Below, one piece after another: positions 1-12,429 of a DNA stretch of 64,000 nt. Each line of letters starts with the position of its first letter. Positions within the stretch are counted from its first letter, which is position 1. The notes beneath the pieces were generated by a model. That model worked only from the letters and a program-made list of their open reading frames with translations. It was not told the origin of the DNA and made no database searches. Where the stretch lies: contig OZ024742.1 in the NCBI GenBank assembly GCA_964016885.1, positions 216,008,001 through 216,072,000 on the forward strand. The letters run 5' to 3'. The translations under genes and the position numbers were made by a program. This DNA comes from Eledone cirrhosa (taxonomy: Eukaryota).

Positions 1-677
1 ACGAGAAAGTAAAGCGGGATGTGAGGAAGGGCATTGCTGTTGCACTTCCAGACGGCGAGGGTCCTCCTATGGTGCTGACATGCAGCGTATGTGCGAGACT
101 CTGCCTAAGCACAGCTGGACTCGAAAGTCATCTTCGCAGTCATAAAGTAAGACCAGAGGTTGACTACCAGGCTGCTGTTGGAGATGCTACTCATCATGCT
201 TGCCAAACATGTGGTAGAGAATGTAAATCAGCAGGAGGGCTCAAGCGACATGAAAAAGTACACGAACTGCAACCACAGCCGACTATTCCCAGTAAATGTT
301 TTGGATGCCGACTCTGTGCAAGACATTTTAGATCATTGGCTGGGCTAAAAAGCCACATTCGATCGCAGCACTGTTAGTTGCTATCGTGTGTGTGTAGATA
401 TGCTTATGTGTGTGCGTGAGTGTGTATATATATATGTATATGTATATTATTATTGTTGTTGTCGTTATTATTATTGTTGTTATTATTATGATTATTATAA
501 TTGTTATTAATGTATGTGTGTGTATATGTGTGTGTGAGTATGTGTGTGTGTATATATGTATGTATATGTATATATATATATATATTTCTTTTTTTTAATT
601 TTATTTTTATTATTATTATTTTTTTTTTTTCCTCGTGCAATGGCCATACTCGATAACGAGGGGGCAGCCATCATCAT
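1..677 (+). mobile_element. 3' end of an RTE-clade LINE. ORF tail 21-377 has three C2H2 zinc fingers, followed by a 3' UTR interrupted by microsatellites
   Basis: ORF contains CSVC..H..H, CQTC..H..H and CRLC..H...H fingers. Terminal motif TGGCCATACTCGATAACGAGGGGGCAGCCATCATCAT (641-677) recurs at 37308-37343 and inverted at 40945-40979, where it is joined to RTE-type 5' sequence. Confidence 0.7.
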
Positions 678-702
678 GTATGTATGTATGTATCTATGTA
701 TG

Positions 703-760
<58 letters not shown>

Positions 761-761
<1 letters not shown>

Positions 762-949
762 CGAAGGAAATATGGTAAGGAAACAGGTGGACCATAACGC
801 ACCAAAGTACTCAATACTTGAGGTAGTAGAGTGGGTAATAGGAACCAGTAAGACCCATACAGCTGAGCTCAAGCCGTTTCGACGGCTAATTCTGGACTGA
901 ATTAGCCGTCGAGACGGCTTGAGCTCAGCTGTCGGAGGTCTTACTGGTT

Positions 950-954
<5 letters not shown>
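761..954 (-). mobile_element. Short fold-back element between (TA)n tracts, probably a PLE terminal fragment (family D)
   Basis: Inverted arms 838-892 and 899-954 with a 6-nt loop. Unpaired extension 761-837. Right arm is repeated at 1128-1180. Confidence 0.55.
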
Positions 955-999
<45 letters not shown>

Positions 1000-1007
1000 T
1001 ATATATA

Positions 1008-1631
1008 CAATATATTAATAAATGGAAACTATAATTATAAAACCATAATTATTTAATTATATATATTTCAAGAGCAACCAAGGCAGGCTTGGTGCGCCTT
1101 CATCAGATATAATACACAATACGTCCAGAATTAGCCGTCGAAACGGCTTGAGCTCAGCTGTCGGGGTCTTACTGGTTCCTATATATATATATATATATAT
1201 ATATAAATATATATATACAATATATTAATAAATGGAAACTATAATTATAAAACCATAATTATTTAATTATATATATTTCAAGGGCAACCAAGGCAGGCTT
1301 GGTGCGCCTTCATCAGATATAATACACAATTTGTTTTGTAAATAGTGACATAACCGTGGAAAACAAGCCTGACGGTTAAAAATTCAACCGTAAAGGTTGT
1401 TTTCCACGGTTATCTCACTATTTATAAAACAAATTTTATATATTATCTGATGAAAGCGCACCAAACCTGCCTTGGTTGCCCTTGAAATATATATAATGAA
1501 AAAATTATGGTTTTATAAATATAGTTTCCATTTATTAATATATTGAATACTTACTCCACATTTGTTGAGTGCTCTATATCAGTTATAAACATTTAAGTTT
1601 GTTGAAATCCCAACAAATTAAATATAACTTC

Positions 1632-1634
<3 letters not shown>
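1008..1634 (+). mobile_element. PLE pLTR fold-back (family B) with hammerhead motifs and a partial tandem duplication
   Basis: Inverted arms 1218-~1377 and ~1386-1545, then a 3' tail 1546-1634. 1008-1120 duplicates 1218-1330. Homologues at 25103-25260 (+), 25403-25590 (-) and 62767-63038. Confidence 0.75.
1442..1497 (+). ncRNA. Minimal type-I hammerhead ribozyme motif (family B). Antisense copies at 1056-1113 and 1266-1323
   Basis: CTGATGA (1447-1453), stem II aagcgcaccaa/ttggttgccctt, GAAA (1484-1487), palindromic ATATAT, A, then a short AT-rich stem I. Confidence 0.6.
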
Positions 1635-1683
<49 letters not shown>

Positions 1684-1688
<5 letters not shown>

Positions 1689-2063
1689 TGGTAAACGGAA
1701 TAGAAAATGCTGACAAATTGTTCACAGTTGAAAAATGGTTTAATTAGGAATAAAAGAGTATTAGTGATTGTATGGGTTAGTATTCAGTTGTGGTTTTAAG
1801 TTTTTAAGTTTTTACCGGTTGCGCATTTCTAAATCAAACAGCACGGACACTCTATCTCAAAATTATTTTTGAAAAGCATTTAGAAATGCGCAACCGGTAA
1901 AAACTTAAAAACTTAAAACCACAACTGAATACTAACCCATAAAATCACTAATACTCTTTTATTCCTAATTAAACCATTTTTCAACTGTGAACAATTTGTC
2001 AGCATTTTCTATTCCGTTTACCAATATATAATAACTTGTGTGTTACACCTCTATTCTTTTAAC
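1684..2063 (+). mobile_element. PLE terminal fold-back (family C) with a ~33-nt 3' tail
   Basis: Near-perfect inverted arms 1684-1834 and 1878-2028. Unpaired tail 2031-2063. GAAATGCGCA resembles the 3' half of a hammerhead. Flanked by (TA)n. Confidence 0.65.
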
Positions 2064-2071
2064 TATATATT

Positions 2072-2102
<31 letters not shown>

Positions 2103-2112
2103 ATTTATATAT

Positions 2113-2715
2113 TTCGTTTCTGAATTTGTTTAGCAAGATTCTTTATCTGAAATCGTGTGTTGAAACCGATATTGTTATACTTTGGGAGGGTCATGTTGCC
2201 AATAAGAAACACACGCACCAGTTGCTTTCACTTCAATTTATTATATATTTATAAATTTATAAATTTACAAATCTACAAACTTATAAATTTCTGGTTGGTT
2301 GGTTGGTTCCACAACCAGATAGTTGTTTATATATAGTTATAGTCCTTTCGTCACACACTCTGTGACCTCTTCAGTGACTGGGGATTCCTTTCTTCATTTC
2401 TGTGCCTTTCCTTTCTTCTATCCTACGCCATTTTGTTTCACACAGAAACAAAATGGCGTAGGATAGAAGAAAGGAAAGGCACAGAAACGAAGAAAGGAAT
2501 TCCCAGTCACTGAAGATGTCACAGAGTGTGTGACGAAAGGACTATGACTATATATAAACAACTATCTGGTTGTGGAACCAACCAACCAACCAGAAATTTA
2601 TAAGTTTGTAGATTTGTAAATTTATAAATTTATAAATATATAATAAATTGAAGTGAAAGCAACTGGTGCGTGTGTTTCTTATTGGCAACATGACCCTCCC
2701 AAAGTATAACAATAT
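2113..2715 (-). mobile_element. PLE pLTR fold-back (family A) with a hammerhead in each arm
   Basis: Arms 2169-2439 and 2445-2715 with few mismatches. Tail 2113-2168. The same sequence follows a GIY-YIG C-terminus at 25710-26315. Confidence 0.85.
2505..2549 (+). ncRNA. Type-I hammerhead motif (family A). Antisense copy at ~2335-2379
   Basis: AGTCA CTGAAGA t GTCACA gagtg TGTGAC GAAA ggac TA TGACT: stems I and II pair and the core is intact. Confidence 0.8.
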
Positions 2716-2744
2716 ATTTATATATATATATATATAAATATATA

Positions 2745-2860
<116 letters not shown>

Positions 2861-2869
2861 GAGAGAGAA

Positions 2870-3331
2870 AATTGAGGTTGGTAATGGCACATGGAATATA
2901 TAAGAGACAGAATACTTTTTTGTGAAAAAACATATAATTTTATAAGGTAAGGAAATAATAAAGGGTATAAAAAATGACCGGTTTCGATGGGTCTGCAAAA
3001 GCCATCTTTTCAAATGTTGATTAATATTAAGAAAAATTAATAATACGAAGGGTTAAAATTTGAGATTTGAAAATTCAAGTATAATATTCATTGTGGGATT
3101 TCATAGTAGTTTGCATCTAGGTAGCAACAACAAGTTGACTGCTGTGTCCCTTTCTGGTAGTGAATGAGAAGTTATTTGGGGTGTGGGTTATTTTATAAAG
3201 GTCAGATTTAGCAATGGCCAACTGGCCAGCTGCTGGTCAGTGAGGGAGTGTAAGCAATATACATACATATATCTTCCTGTGGTGGGTAGGAGAGTGGAGC
3301 GTGATAGAAAGGGATTTAGTGCACTTACACC
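2870..3331 (-). mobile_element. Old PLE-like 3' fragment with a degenerate hammerhead (~2974-3016)
   Basis: Minus strand reads TTGAAAA GATGG..CCATC GAAA CCGG TC. Stem II and the palindromic stem III survive; the core is mutated. Confidence 0.35.
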
Positions 3332-3332
3332 T

Positions 3333-4012
<680 letters not shown>

Positions 4013-4279
4013 CAAGTAAATATGTATGAACAATGTATATTTCGCTGATTCACCAGTCTCAAGAACAGATCGATAGTGCATTTGGGTGTATAACTTCTAT
4101 GGGTGAGCTTGGGCCAATGCAATGCAATACGCGGAATGTTCAATAAACAATATCAACCTAAATATTTGTAAATGAATCTTCATTGTCATTCATAATACAC
4201 ACACACAGACACACAAACACACAGACATACAGATATACAGACACACACACACACACACACACATATACATATATATAAG

Positions 4280-4548
4280 TGGAGGCACGTGGCCGAGTGG
4301 TAAGTGTGTTGGACTTACGATCATAATGTCGTGGGTTCTATTCCTGAGTTGCGTGTTGTATTCTTGAGAAAAACGCTTCATTTCACGTTGCTCCAGTATA
4401 TTCAGCTGAAAATGAGTACCGACAATAGTTGGAGGTTTAGCCCTGCGATGGACTGGAGTCCTGTCCAAGGGGGAGTCTTGTACTCTCAGTCGCCTCACGC
4501 CACGACACCGGGATAAGCACTAGCCAAATGAGCCTTCCCGCTGGAGAC
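4280..4548 (+). mobile_element. tRNA-derived SINE (second family)
   Basis: A-box TGGCCGAGTGG and B-box-like GGTTCTATTCC, then a body TTGTATTCTTGAGAAAAACGCTT..CAGCTG. Related heads or bodies at 4741-4830, 26365-26530 and 39378-39700. Confidence 0.65.
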
Positions 4549-4558
4549 AGACTTTATA

Positions 4559-4630
<72 letters not shown>

Positions 4631-4665
4631 GTCTTATATATGTACGAGTATAAGCACTGCCACGC

Positions 4666-4740
<75 letters not shown>

Positions 4741-4742
<2 letters not shown>

Positions 4743-5139
4743 GGCGCATAGCGTAGTGGTTTGAGCATTGGGCTTGCAACCGAAAGACACTTTATTTCAC
4801 ACTTTATGCTCCAATTCATTCAGCTGAAGTGTAAATTGTTAAACTTCCTTCATTCCAAAGACCATAGGATTTTCACCTAGAAAAGTTCCCTTGCGGGGTA
4901 CAAAACCGGTCAATATTGTTATTTGATGACCACAAGTCGCCCATGCATACCACTCTCGCCTCTCCACTCTACCGATTTTGTCTGAGGGAAAGGTAATGGC
5001 CTTTAGAGCTTCGCACCATTGACGTCTTAACTAATCCTGCACCTGAGGGAACTTGAGTAATGTGAAATAAGCTCAAGGACACAATGCATTGCCCGGTTTG
5101 GGAATCGAAATCACAACCTCACAATTGTAAGACCAACGC
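4741..5139. mobile_element. Composite SINE remnants: + strand head, then a - strand SINE body and head
   Basis: GGCGCATAGCGTAGTGGTT head at 4743. Reverse-oriented GCTCAAGGACACAATGCA..GGGAATCGAAATC at 5071-5112 matches the 39378 SINE in antisense. Confidence 0.5.
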
Positions 5140-5429
5140 GTGTGTGTGTGTGTGCGCGCGTGCGTCTTTGGATGGGACCACTTATTTAAACTCTTATATC
5201 TGAGGAAGTGTCGATTAAGGGTCAGGATCCGATCACTTAATCACACCCGAGATGATTGATAGGGAAGCAAATTGTAATAAAGTTTACAAAAATCTGCAAT
5301 TACTATTGTCACATATATAAAGTGATAATAAGTATTGCAGCTTATATATAGGGGGGAGGGAGAATAACGGGGAGACAGTTGTCGAGTAACATATTTGCTA
5401 TTAGAAGCAGTCTTGTTCAGCTTAAATGT

Positions 5430-5461
<32 letters not shown>

Positions 5462-6268
5462 CCTATATATCTATCTAACTATCTACCTATCTGTGTCTCT
5501 CTCTCTCTATCTATCTATTTTATATATCTATATATCCACCAATCCCTCTTCATATCTATATGTTTCGCATGTGGCAGTGCTTATACTCGTACATATATAA
5601 GTAAGTACGTAAGATTGTTTTGATGTATTTTTCGTGTTCTTGTCACTACAGGGACGCCTGATGCATTTCTGAATTGGGGATCAGTGGGATGGATTTGGAT
5701 AATTTAGTAGTAGTGATTAGTTTAGTTCTTTGCACTCGAAAATGGTCAGAAAACTTCAATATATACATACATTCTAGCTTATATTAAAATAGATATGTGT
5801 TTTGGTAGTTTTTCGGAGATAATATAATTACTGGAGAGGGCATCCAACCCCACTCTATACATATATAATTTTAAAAAAATGATACTCTGTGCCCTTTCCT
5901 AAAGGGTTAATATATCGAATATATTTACTTTGTGTGAAGAGTTAAGGTATTAGTTGATTTATTTATTAATTATCAATGGCATCTATTTATTTATTTATTT
6001 ATATATTTAATAATTGTCTATTACCTGTTTCAGCATTTTTATGCATTATCAAATGATAGTGATAAGTATTAGTGTAGTATGGTGGTGTCACACATGTTAA
6101 AGAAAGAATAATGTTATTTACAAACAAGGTTTATGAAATGAAATGAAAAGAAAAAAGAAAAAAGAAAAAAAACGGGCGTAATGTAGAGCATAAAAAGTCA
6201 ATATGAACCGAAATATAATGTTATTTACAGGCATAGTTCTTGAAGTTAGGCATATCAAAATGTGTTAA

Positions 6269-6364
6269 TATAGCAAGGGTGCTTATTTGATCCATGATTC
6301 CATGATGGAGGCAAATGGTTGCCTCCATCATGGAATCATGGATCAACTAAGCACCCTTGCTATA
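6269..6364. repeat. 46-bp-arm hairpin, probably the fold-back junction of a decayed PLE
   Basis: ATATAGCAAGGGTGCTTATTTGATCCATGATTCCATGATGGAGGCAA, loop atgg, then the reverse complement with one mismatch. Confidence 0.8.
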
Positions 6365-6463
6365 TAAAAAAGGAAAAAAATATATTTTCCCTCCTAATAA
6401 CCGTCACCTTCTCCCTGTTTTCATATATATATATCATAACTCGTGTGGTTCCTCTCCACATTT

Positions 6464-6513
<50 letters not shown>

Positions 6514-6518
6514 AATGA

Positions 6519-6558
<40 letters not shown>

Positions 6559-6733
6559 TCATTTATTATGGTTATTGGTGAGCTTTGTTTCTCTAAAGTT
6601 TCACCTGTGCACTCACAGGATCACCAGTCTTGTCTGGTAAGTACGCAGGTAAGATTCCAGAATAACATGGCTTAGTCATGATAAATGAATATTTAAACTC
6701 TCTACTTCAGTACTGAGTTTTCATTATTATATC

Positions 6734-6923
6734 CGGTGGATTGGCAGTATCGGTAGAGGGTCGGACGCCATGCTTTGACGTATAGAGTTACGGCTCTTGC
6801 TATTCTGAGTTCAAATCCCGCCGAGGTTATCTTTGCCTTTCATCCTTACCGGGTCGATAAAATAAAGTACCAGTAATGCACTGGGTAATTGCTGGCCTTG
6901 TGCCAAAATAGAAACAATTATTA
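6734..6923 (+). mobile_element. Dominant ~190-bp tRNA-derived SINE
   Basis: GGTGGATTGGCAGTATCGGTAG (A-box) ... GAGTTCAAATCCCGCC (B-box) ... CTTTCATCCTTAC.GGGTCGATAAAATAAAGTACCAG ... GTGCC.AAA.TAGAAACAATTA. Many copies in the window. Confidence 0.9.
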
Positions 6924-7289
6924 TATCTGTTAAAAGTAGAAACAATTATTATATCCGTCTATAATTCACGTACTCTCAGGTCTTGAATAATCATCCCCAC
7001 CTCCCACATATTAATTTGTCAAATTTCTTCAACAAACCTCGGTCTCTATTCTAGCCCCACCATATCGCGCTTATTAGATTTTTCTAATCTATCTCTGGCG
7101 AAATGTAAGTGATTCATATTGATACAGCAGCTGGAGAATCTGATAATTTTATTTTACATGAAAATAACATTATGTATGCTAAAAAAGAACATTACAAGAA
7201 ATCCCATATTTAGGAACCTACACTATACAATTACTGATTTCCCAAGACCCCTTCCCCCTCATTATTGCAAACCCTCTTGTTATTTGGGA

Positions 7290-9730
7290 TCCGAGAACAC
7301 CACCAATATCTCTTTCTCTCTATGTCTATCACACAAAACTCTCTTTTAATACGCCTCTCCGTATCAACTAAGACCAAACTCTACCCCTCTCTATATCTGC
7401 CACGACACTGCCTATCTTATCCTACTCTCTATATCTAAGATTAATACACTCACTTACTCTCTATAAATATCTACACTTATCTCTCCCAATCCCCCCTCTG
7501 TATATCAATCACCCTTCAACTATCACCCTGTCGATATCTACTACACAGCAGTCTACCATTATCTATCTCTGTATATCAACAACCTTCAAACTCTCCCCTT
7601 CTCTATATCTAATACACAGTATTCTCTTCCAATCTTCCTCTCTATTTCAATTAACACCAAACTCTTCCCCTCTCTATATCTACTAAATCCCCTCTCAATT
7701 ACCACCAAACTACATCAACTATACAACATACACTCCAAATACACCTCTCTATATCAATTAACCACAAACTCTACCCCTCTCTATATCTACTATACGGAAC
7801 TCTCTTCTAATCTACCTTTCTATATCAATTAACACCAAATTCTCCCCCTCTCTATATCTACTACAAGGAACTCTCTTCCAGTCCTGCTCTTTATATAAAT
7901 TTACACTAAACTCTCCCAAACTCTATATCTACTACACGTTGCCTAAAAGCAGGCATAGTTCCTGTCCTGAAAAAAGGTGACCTCTCATCCTCACAAACTA
8001 CCGAGGAATATCACCTTTGCTACCAAGATCTACAAGCTAATTCTCAACCATATAGTTCCGTATGTTGATCCAATCCTTCGCAACAATGAAAACAGTTTTA
8101 GCCATGGTAGATCTACACTTGCACAGATTTTGGCCTTGAGAAGAGTAGTGGAAGAGATGAGAAACTCCAACAAACAAATGGCTCCAGTTTTCATTGATTT
8201 TACAAAAGCTTTTGACAGCATAAACAGAGACATTATGTTTGAAATTCTACCCTTGTGTCGCATCCCAGTAAGACTTGTGGAAGCAATTAAGGCTCTGTAT
8301 CTCAAGAGAAGTGCCACTATCATCACCCCTGATGGCCCAACCGAGCTGCATAGTGATACTCTTGCCCCATTCCTCTTTATCATTGTACGAGACTACACCC
8401 TGAGCATCTCAATAGAAGGTGCGCATCAACTTTTGACATCTTCCCAGGAAGAAGCCTCCCTCGTTGGCCTTCATCTCAACGAGGGTAAAACAGACTTCAT
8501 ATCAAACTGTACAGGCAACAGCATCAAATCAATCAACGACAGTGATATCCAACAAGTCGAGTATTTCAAGTATCTTGGTTCCTGGCTCATGGACTCTGAG
8601 AAGGATTTTGCCACTACAAAGGCCCAAACGTGGTCAGCTTGTAGTAAGATAGATGGAGCTGCAAGAAGTGCAATGTCTTCCGCCATCTGGTGGCAAAATG
8701 CCGGGCTCCCATGAATATCTGTCGTTGTACGTAAAAAGAGAATAAGATTTGCTGGCCACTACCATCGTGCCTCCTGCGAGACTCTGTTTCAATTAGTGCT
8801 TTAGAAACCACAAGCAGTCACTAATAACAGGAGGCGCAACCTCTCCTATCCCGATGTCACTCCAGAGATTTTGGTATTGAAATCCAGGATTTAGCAACGG
8901 CAATGAACGACAGACCCACGTGGAGATCAATTGTTGAGTCGATTTCGGTTGAGCCCGCTGGTTGATGATGATGATCACTACATGTAACGCTCTTCCAATA
9001 CCGCTCTGTTTACCCATAAACACCAATCCCCCCCTCTCTATATCTAATATAAAACGCACTCTCGCAACACCCTCACTATATCAATTACCACCAAACTAGC
9101 TCCTCTATATATCTACTATACAATACTCTCATTTCCTCTCACAATATCCATCACTACCAAACTCTCCCCCTTTCTATATCTGTCATACAACACTGTCTCC
9201 TAATCAACCTCTCTATCTCAATTATCACCAAAATATTTCACTCTCTATATCTATCAAACATCCCTCTCTTATTCTTTCTAACTTTGTCCATCACTACCAA
9301 ATTCTTCCCGTCTCTATATCTAGAATACAACACTCTCTCCCAACCCCTCTCTCTATATCAGTTATCACTAAAGTATCCCCGCTCTCAATATTTACTAAAC
9401 GCAACTCTCTTCCAATAACCCTTCCTATATCAATTAACCCCAAGCTCTCTCCCTCTTTATATCAATTAAGAGCAAACACTCGCTCTCTACTTCGAACTCT
9501 CTTCCAATCTACCACTTGGAACTCTCTTCATCCCCCCCCCTTTATATCAATTAGTACCAAAATCTCCCCCTCTCAATTTCTACGACACGGATCTCTCTTC
9601 CAATACCACTTTGTATGTCGATAAACATGAATCTCTACCCAAATGCATATATAATACATAACACACTCTCCAAACCTTCCTCTCTATTTAAATTATCCCT
9701 AAAGTCCCCTCCTCCCCCACTCTCTCTATA
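7290..9730. repeat. Degenerate CT-rich minisatellite (~60-75 bp units) split by an RTE insertion
   Basis: Recurrent CACCAAACTCTCCCCCTCTCTATATCTACTA..ACTCTCTTCCAATC..CTCTATATCAATTA on both sides of 7941-8976. Confidence 0.85.
7941..8976 (+). mobile_element. 5'-truncated, internally deleted RTE-clade LINE (RT relic)
   Basis: IVPVLKKGDL..NYRGI, GRSTLAQILALRRVVEE, FIDFTKAFDSI, DTLAPFLFII, VEYFKYLGSW. The QG and YADD segments are deleted. Ends in (GAT)n. Confidence 0.9.
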
Positions 9731-9940
9731 TATCTATATTCATATCTTTCATTTGTCTGTATATAACAAGTACATAAATTTAGCGCATATACAAATAGAT
9801 GTGCGTTTTGCTATTTTGGGGTGAAATATATAATTACAGGCGGGCCATACCTCCTCCCCCCCCCTGTCCCCTCAATTCCAACGACCCTGCAGAATGCATG
9901 TATGTAGGTATATAAGGATGTACGTAGCTATGAAGACATG

Positions 9941-9999
<59 letters not shown>

Positions 10000-10256
10000 C
10001 TCGTTTTGATATGTTATTTGCATTACATGCTGGGGAATATCTATTCCTGTAGGTAAAGAGTTATTCTCAGTTTTTATTTCATCTTATTTATTTTCCTTTT
10101 ACATCTATTATGATCGCGTTCTTCCATCTAGATCAAGTATTATCATATGGGATTTCACATGTTCACTGCCCTCCAGCTACACTCTGAAAAAAAATGGACT
10201 TTCCATCCACTTTGATAGTCCACTGGAGGCATAGTTGTATGTTTACATATGCATAT

Positions 10257-10297
<41 letters not shown>

Positions 10298-10903
10298 AAT
10301 GAAAAGTATATATATATATATATATATATATACACGCGCATATATGTAAATATGAATAGAAAAATGTATGTATATATACACACACAAGTACATGCATGTG
10401 TGTGAGTGTGTATGTGAGTGTAGGTCGGAATTATAGAGCTATAACTAGAAATCGTAATTGTGGTACCGCTGGTGGTGTTTTGCAGTTGTGAGTAATGGCT
10501 ACTTGTTTCAGTGCCTCTGGGTTGATGCTGGTATTAGTTGAGCTGTGGTTCTAGTTCAGGTGTTTGAAATGATTTATTATAATATGTTGACAAATGATAG
10601 GCATAGTACTTTTGAGTTGTGGTGGTTACTATATTGATTGCGTTTAATACTGTTGGTTTGCGATGTTTGAGTTAGTAGAAATTTTCAGGTTTCAGTTATG
10701 GATGGATGTTGGATTGCTGGCGACGTAATATTTGCAGTATAATTACTACTGATGGTGATTCTATTAGTGTTGCTGATAATATTAATGTTGTTTTCGTCTA
10801 TTTCTAGGAAGGCGAACTGCCATATATATACTACTTCACTCTTTCAACATTATTGATGTACATAGTTATAGTGTTTTGTGTTGTGTTCCTGACTAAACCA
10901 CAT

Positions 10904-11192
10904 TTAGCAGTATCGTTAGAGGGTTGGACGTCATGCTTTGCAGCATAGAGTTGAGGCCTTTTACGATAGGAGTTTAAATTCTGTCGAGGTTAACTTCGCC
11001 TTTCATCCTTACGAGGTCGATAGAATGAAGTACCAGTAATGCACTGGATAATTGCCGACCTTGTGCCAAAACAATTATCATTATTTAGTTGAGGTTGACT
11101 TTGCCTTTCATCCTTACGGCGCCGATGAAATAACGTACCAGTAATACACTGGGATAATTGCTGGCCTTGTGCCTAAAGTAGAAACAATTATT
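10904..11192 (+). mobile_element. Dominant SINE, one full copy plus a tandem 3' half
   Basis: Matches 6734-6923. Confidence 0.85.
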
Positions 11193-11199
11193 TAACCAC

Positions 11200-11880
11200 A
11201 GATTGATGCTGAGCAATCAGCCTTATGATCAACCAGATTCAAAATAATCACTCCACATTTCTAAGGGCATTACTTGGACTGTATTATACCATGAACTCAA
11301 TTTCCTTATTTAAGATCTTACAGTTATTCAACTGTCATTTCTAAGACTTTCGCCCTCATAGCGGCGGCCAATGCAGCGTAATCGGTAAGAAAATAATCGT
11401 GATCAACTTTAGAATTATTTCTAGTTGTTGCACCACAAACTGTCTGGCGATAATGGTAGTAATGACCACAACTTTTATATTGCGTGTGGTGTTGATTATT
11501 GATAAAATCTGTCAGTAAAAGGAAGATGGAAAATATTTTCTTCAACGCTCTGAACGTAGCAACGCAAATAAATTCTGGAGAACAATTGACAGAAATGGTA
11601 TTTCCATGTCTTCAAATTTTGATAGATTTTATTGCCTATTTACTTATTTAGCGTTGAAAGCATTTTACTGGTTATTTACAATCTTGTAGCGCAAAATGTA
11701 ATAGATAGCTTACAGAGCTAGACATACGAAAACATATTGCAAACTTTCATTTCCATTTTAACTAAAGTAAATTTTAATTTTAATGTATTCATCATTTCAC
11801 TATTATGTTAACTTTCACGCTCAGAAGTCTGTTATCCTTCGGAGAGTTTTTTTTATCTATGACAATAGTGTATATAATTT
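11200..11880 (+). pseudogene. Decayed LRR-coding segment
   Basis: LTELDIRKHI (11709-11738), TKVNFNFNVF (11761-11790), LRSLLSFGEFFLS (ORF 11805). Confidence 0.4.
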
Positions 11881-12429
11881 TTTTTCTTACACTTTATTTA
11901 CATTTTTTTAAATACATTTCTTTATATTTTTATAAGCACTTTATTTATTTATTTGTTAGGTTTGTATACACCAACTCCGTGTGCCATCATAACACACTTC
12001 CTAGCATCACTATAGTTTGTTATACTGTATTCTCCTTTTAGTTGTGATACCCACGTCAAACTTACGACTGGTCAGCTACGTTACAATATCTGGCCAGCAT
12101 TACATGCTAAATCCCACCAAGTCACAATATCACATCTGATTGTAATCCTATCTATAGGTAGATTGGTTGCCTTACAACAACCCTGACGTTGATATTCCGA
12201 TTCTGATCTCCACTATGTCTGCTTAGCAAAGCACCATAATAGAATATTATTTTATTCGAATGAGTCTTGCAGTATACAACACGTGTTACGAGTGAGTACG
12301 ACTCAAATATTTAAAATTAAGATTTCGAAACCTTATTCGTAATATAAAAATGTATGTGTATGTATGGTGTGGGGTGGGGGGAATAGTGTCCTTGTGTGTG
12401 TGTTAAAAATGTAAGTAATTCTGTACATA

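Noticed and set aside
21-377. Host C2H2 transcription-factor exon
   Set aside because: No TGEKP linkers. It is followed by an RTE-type 3' terminus and has a decayed homologue fused to an RTE 5' UTR at 36753-37343.
838-2715. Fold-backs as sequencing or assembly chimeras
   Set aside because: The arms differ by substitutions, and the same outer breakpoints recur at independent loci.
4280-4350. tRNA genes at A/B-box motifs (also 6734, 27922, 39378)
   Set aside because: No complete cloverleaf, and each continues into a shared SINE body.
7290-9730. CRISPR-like repeat-spacer array
   Set aside because: Eukaryotic context, degenerate tandem units without unique spacers, and no cas genes.
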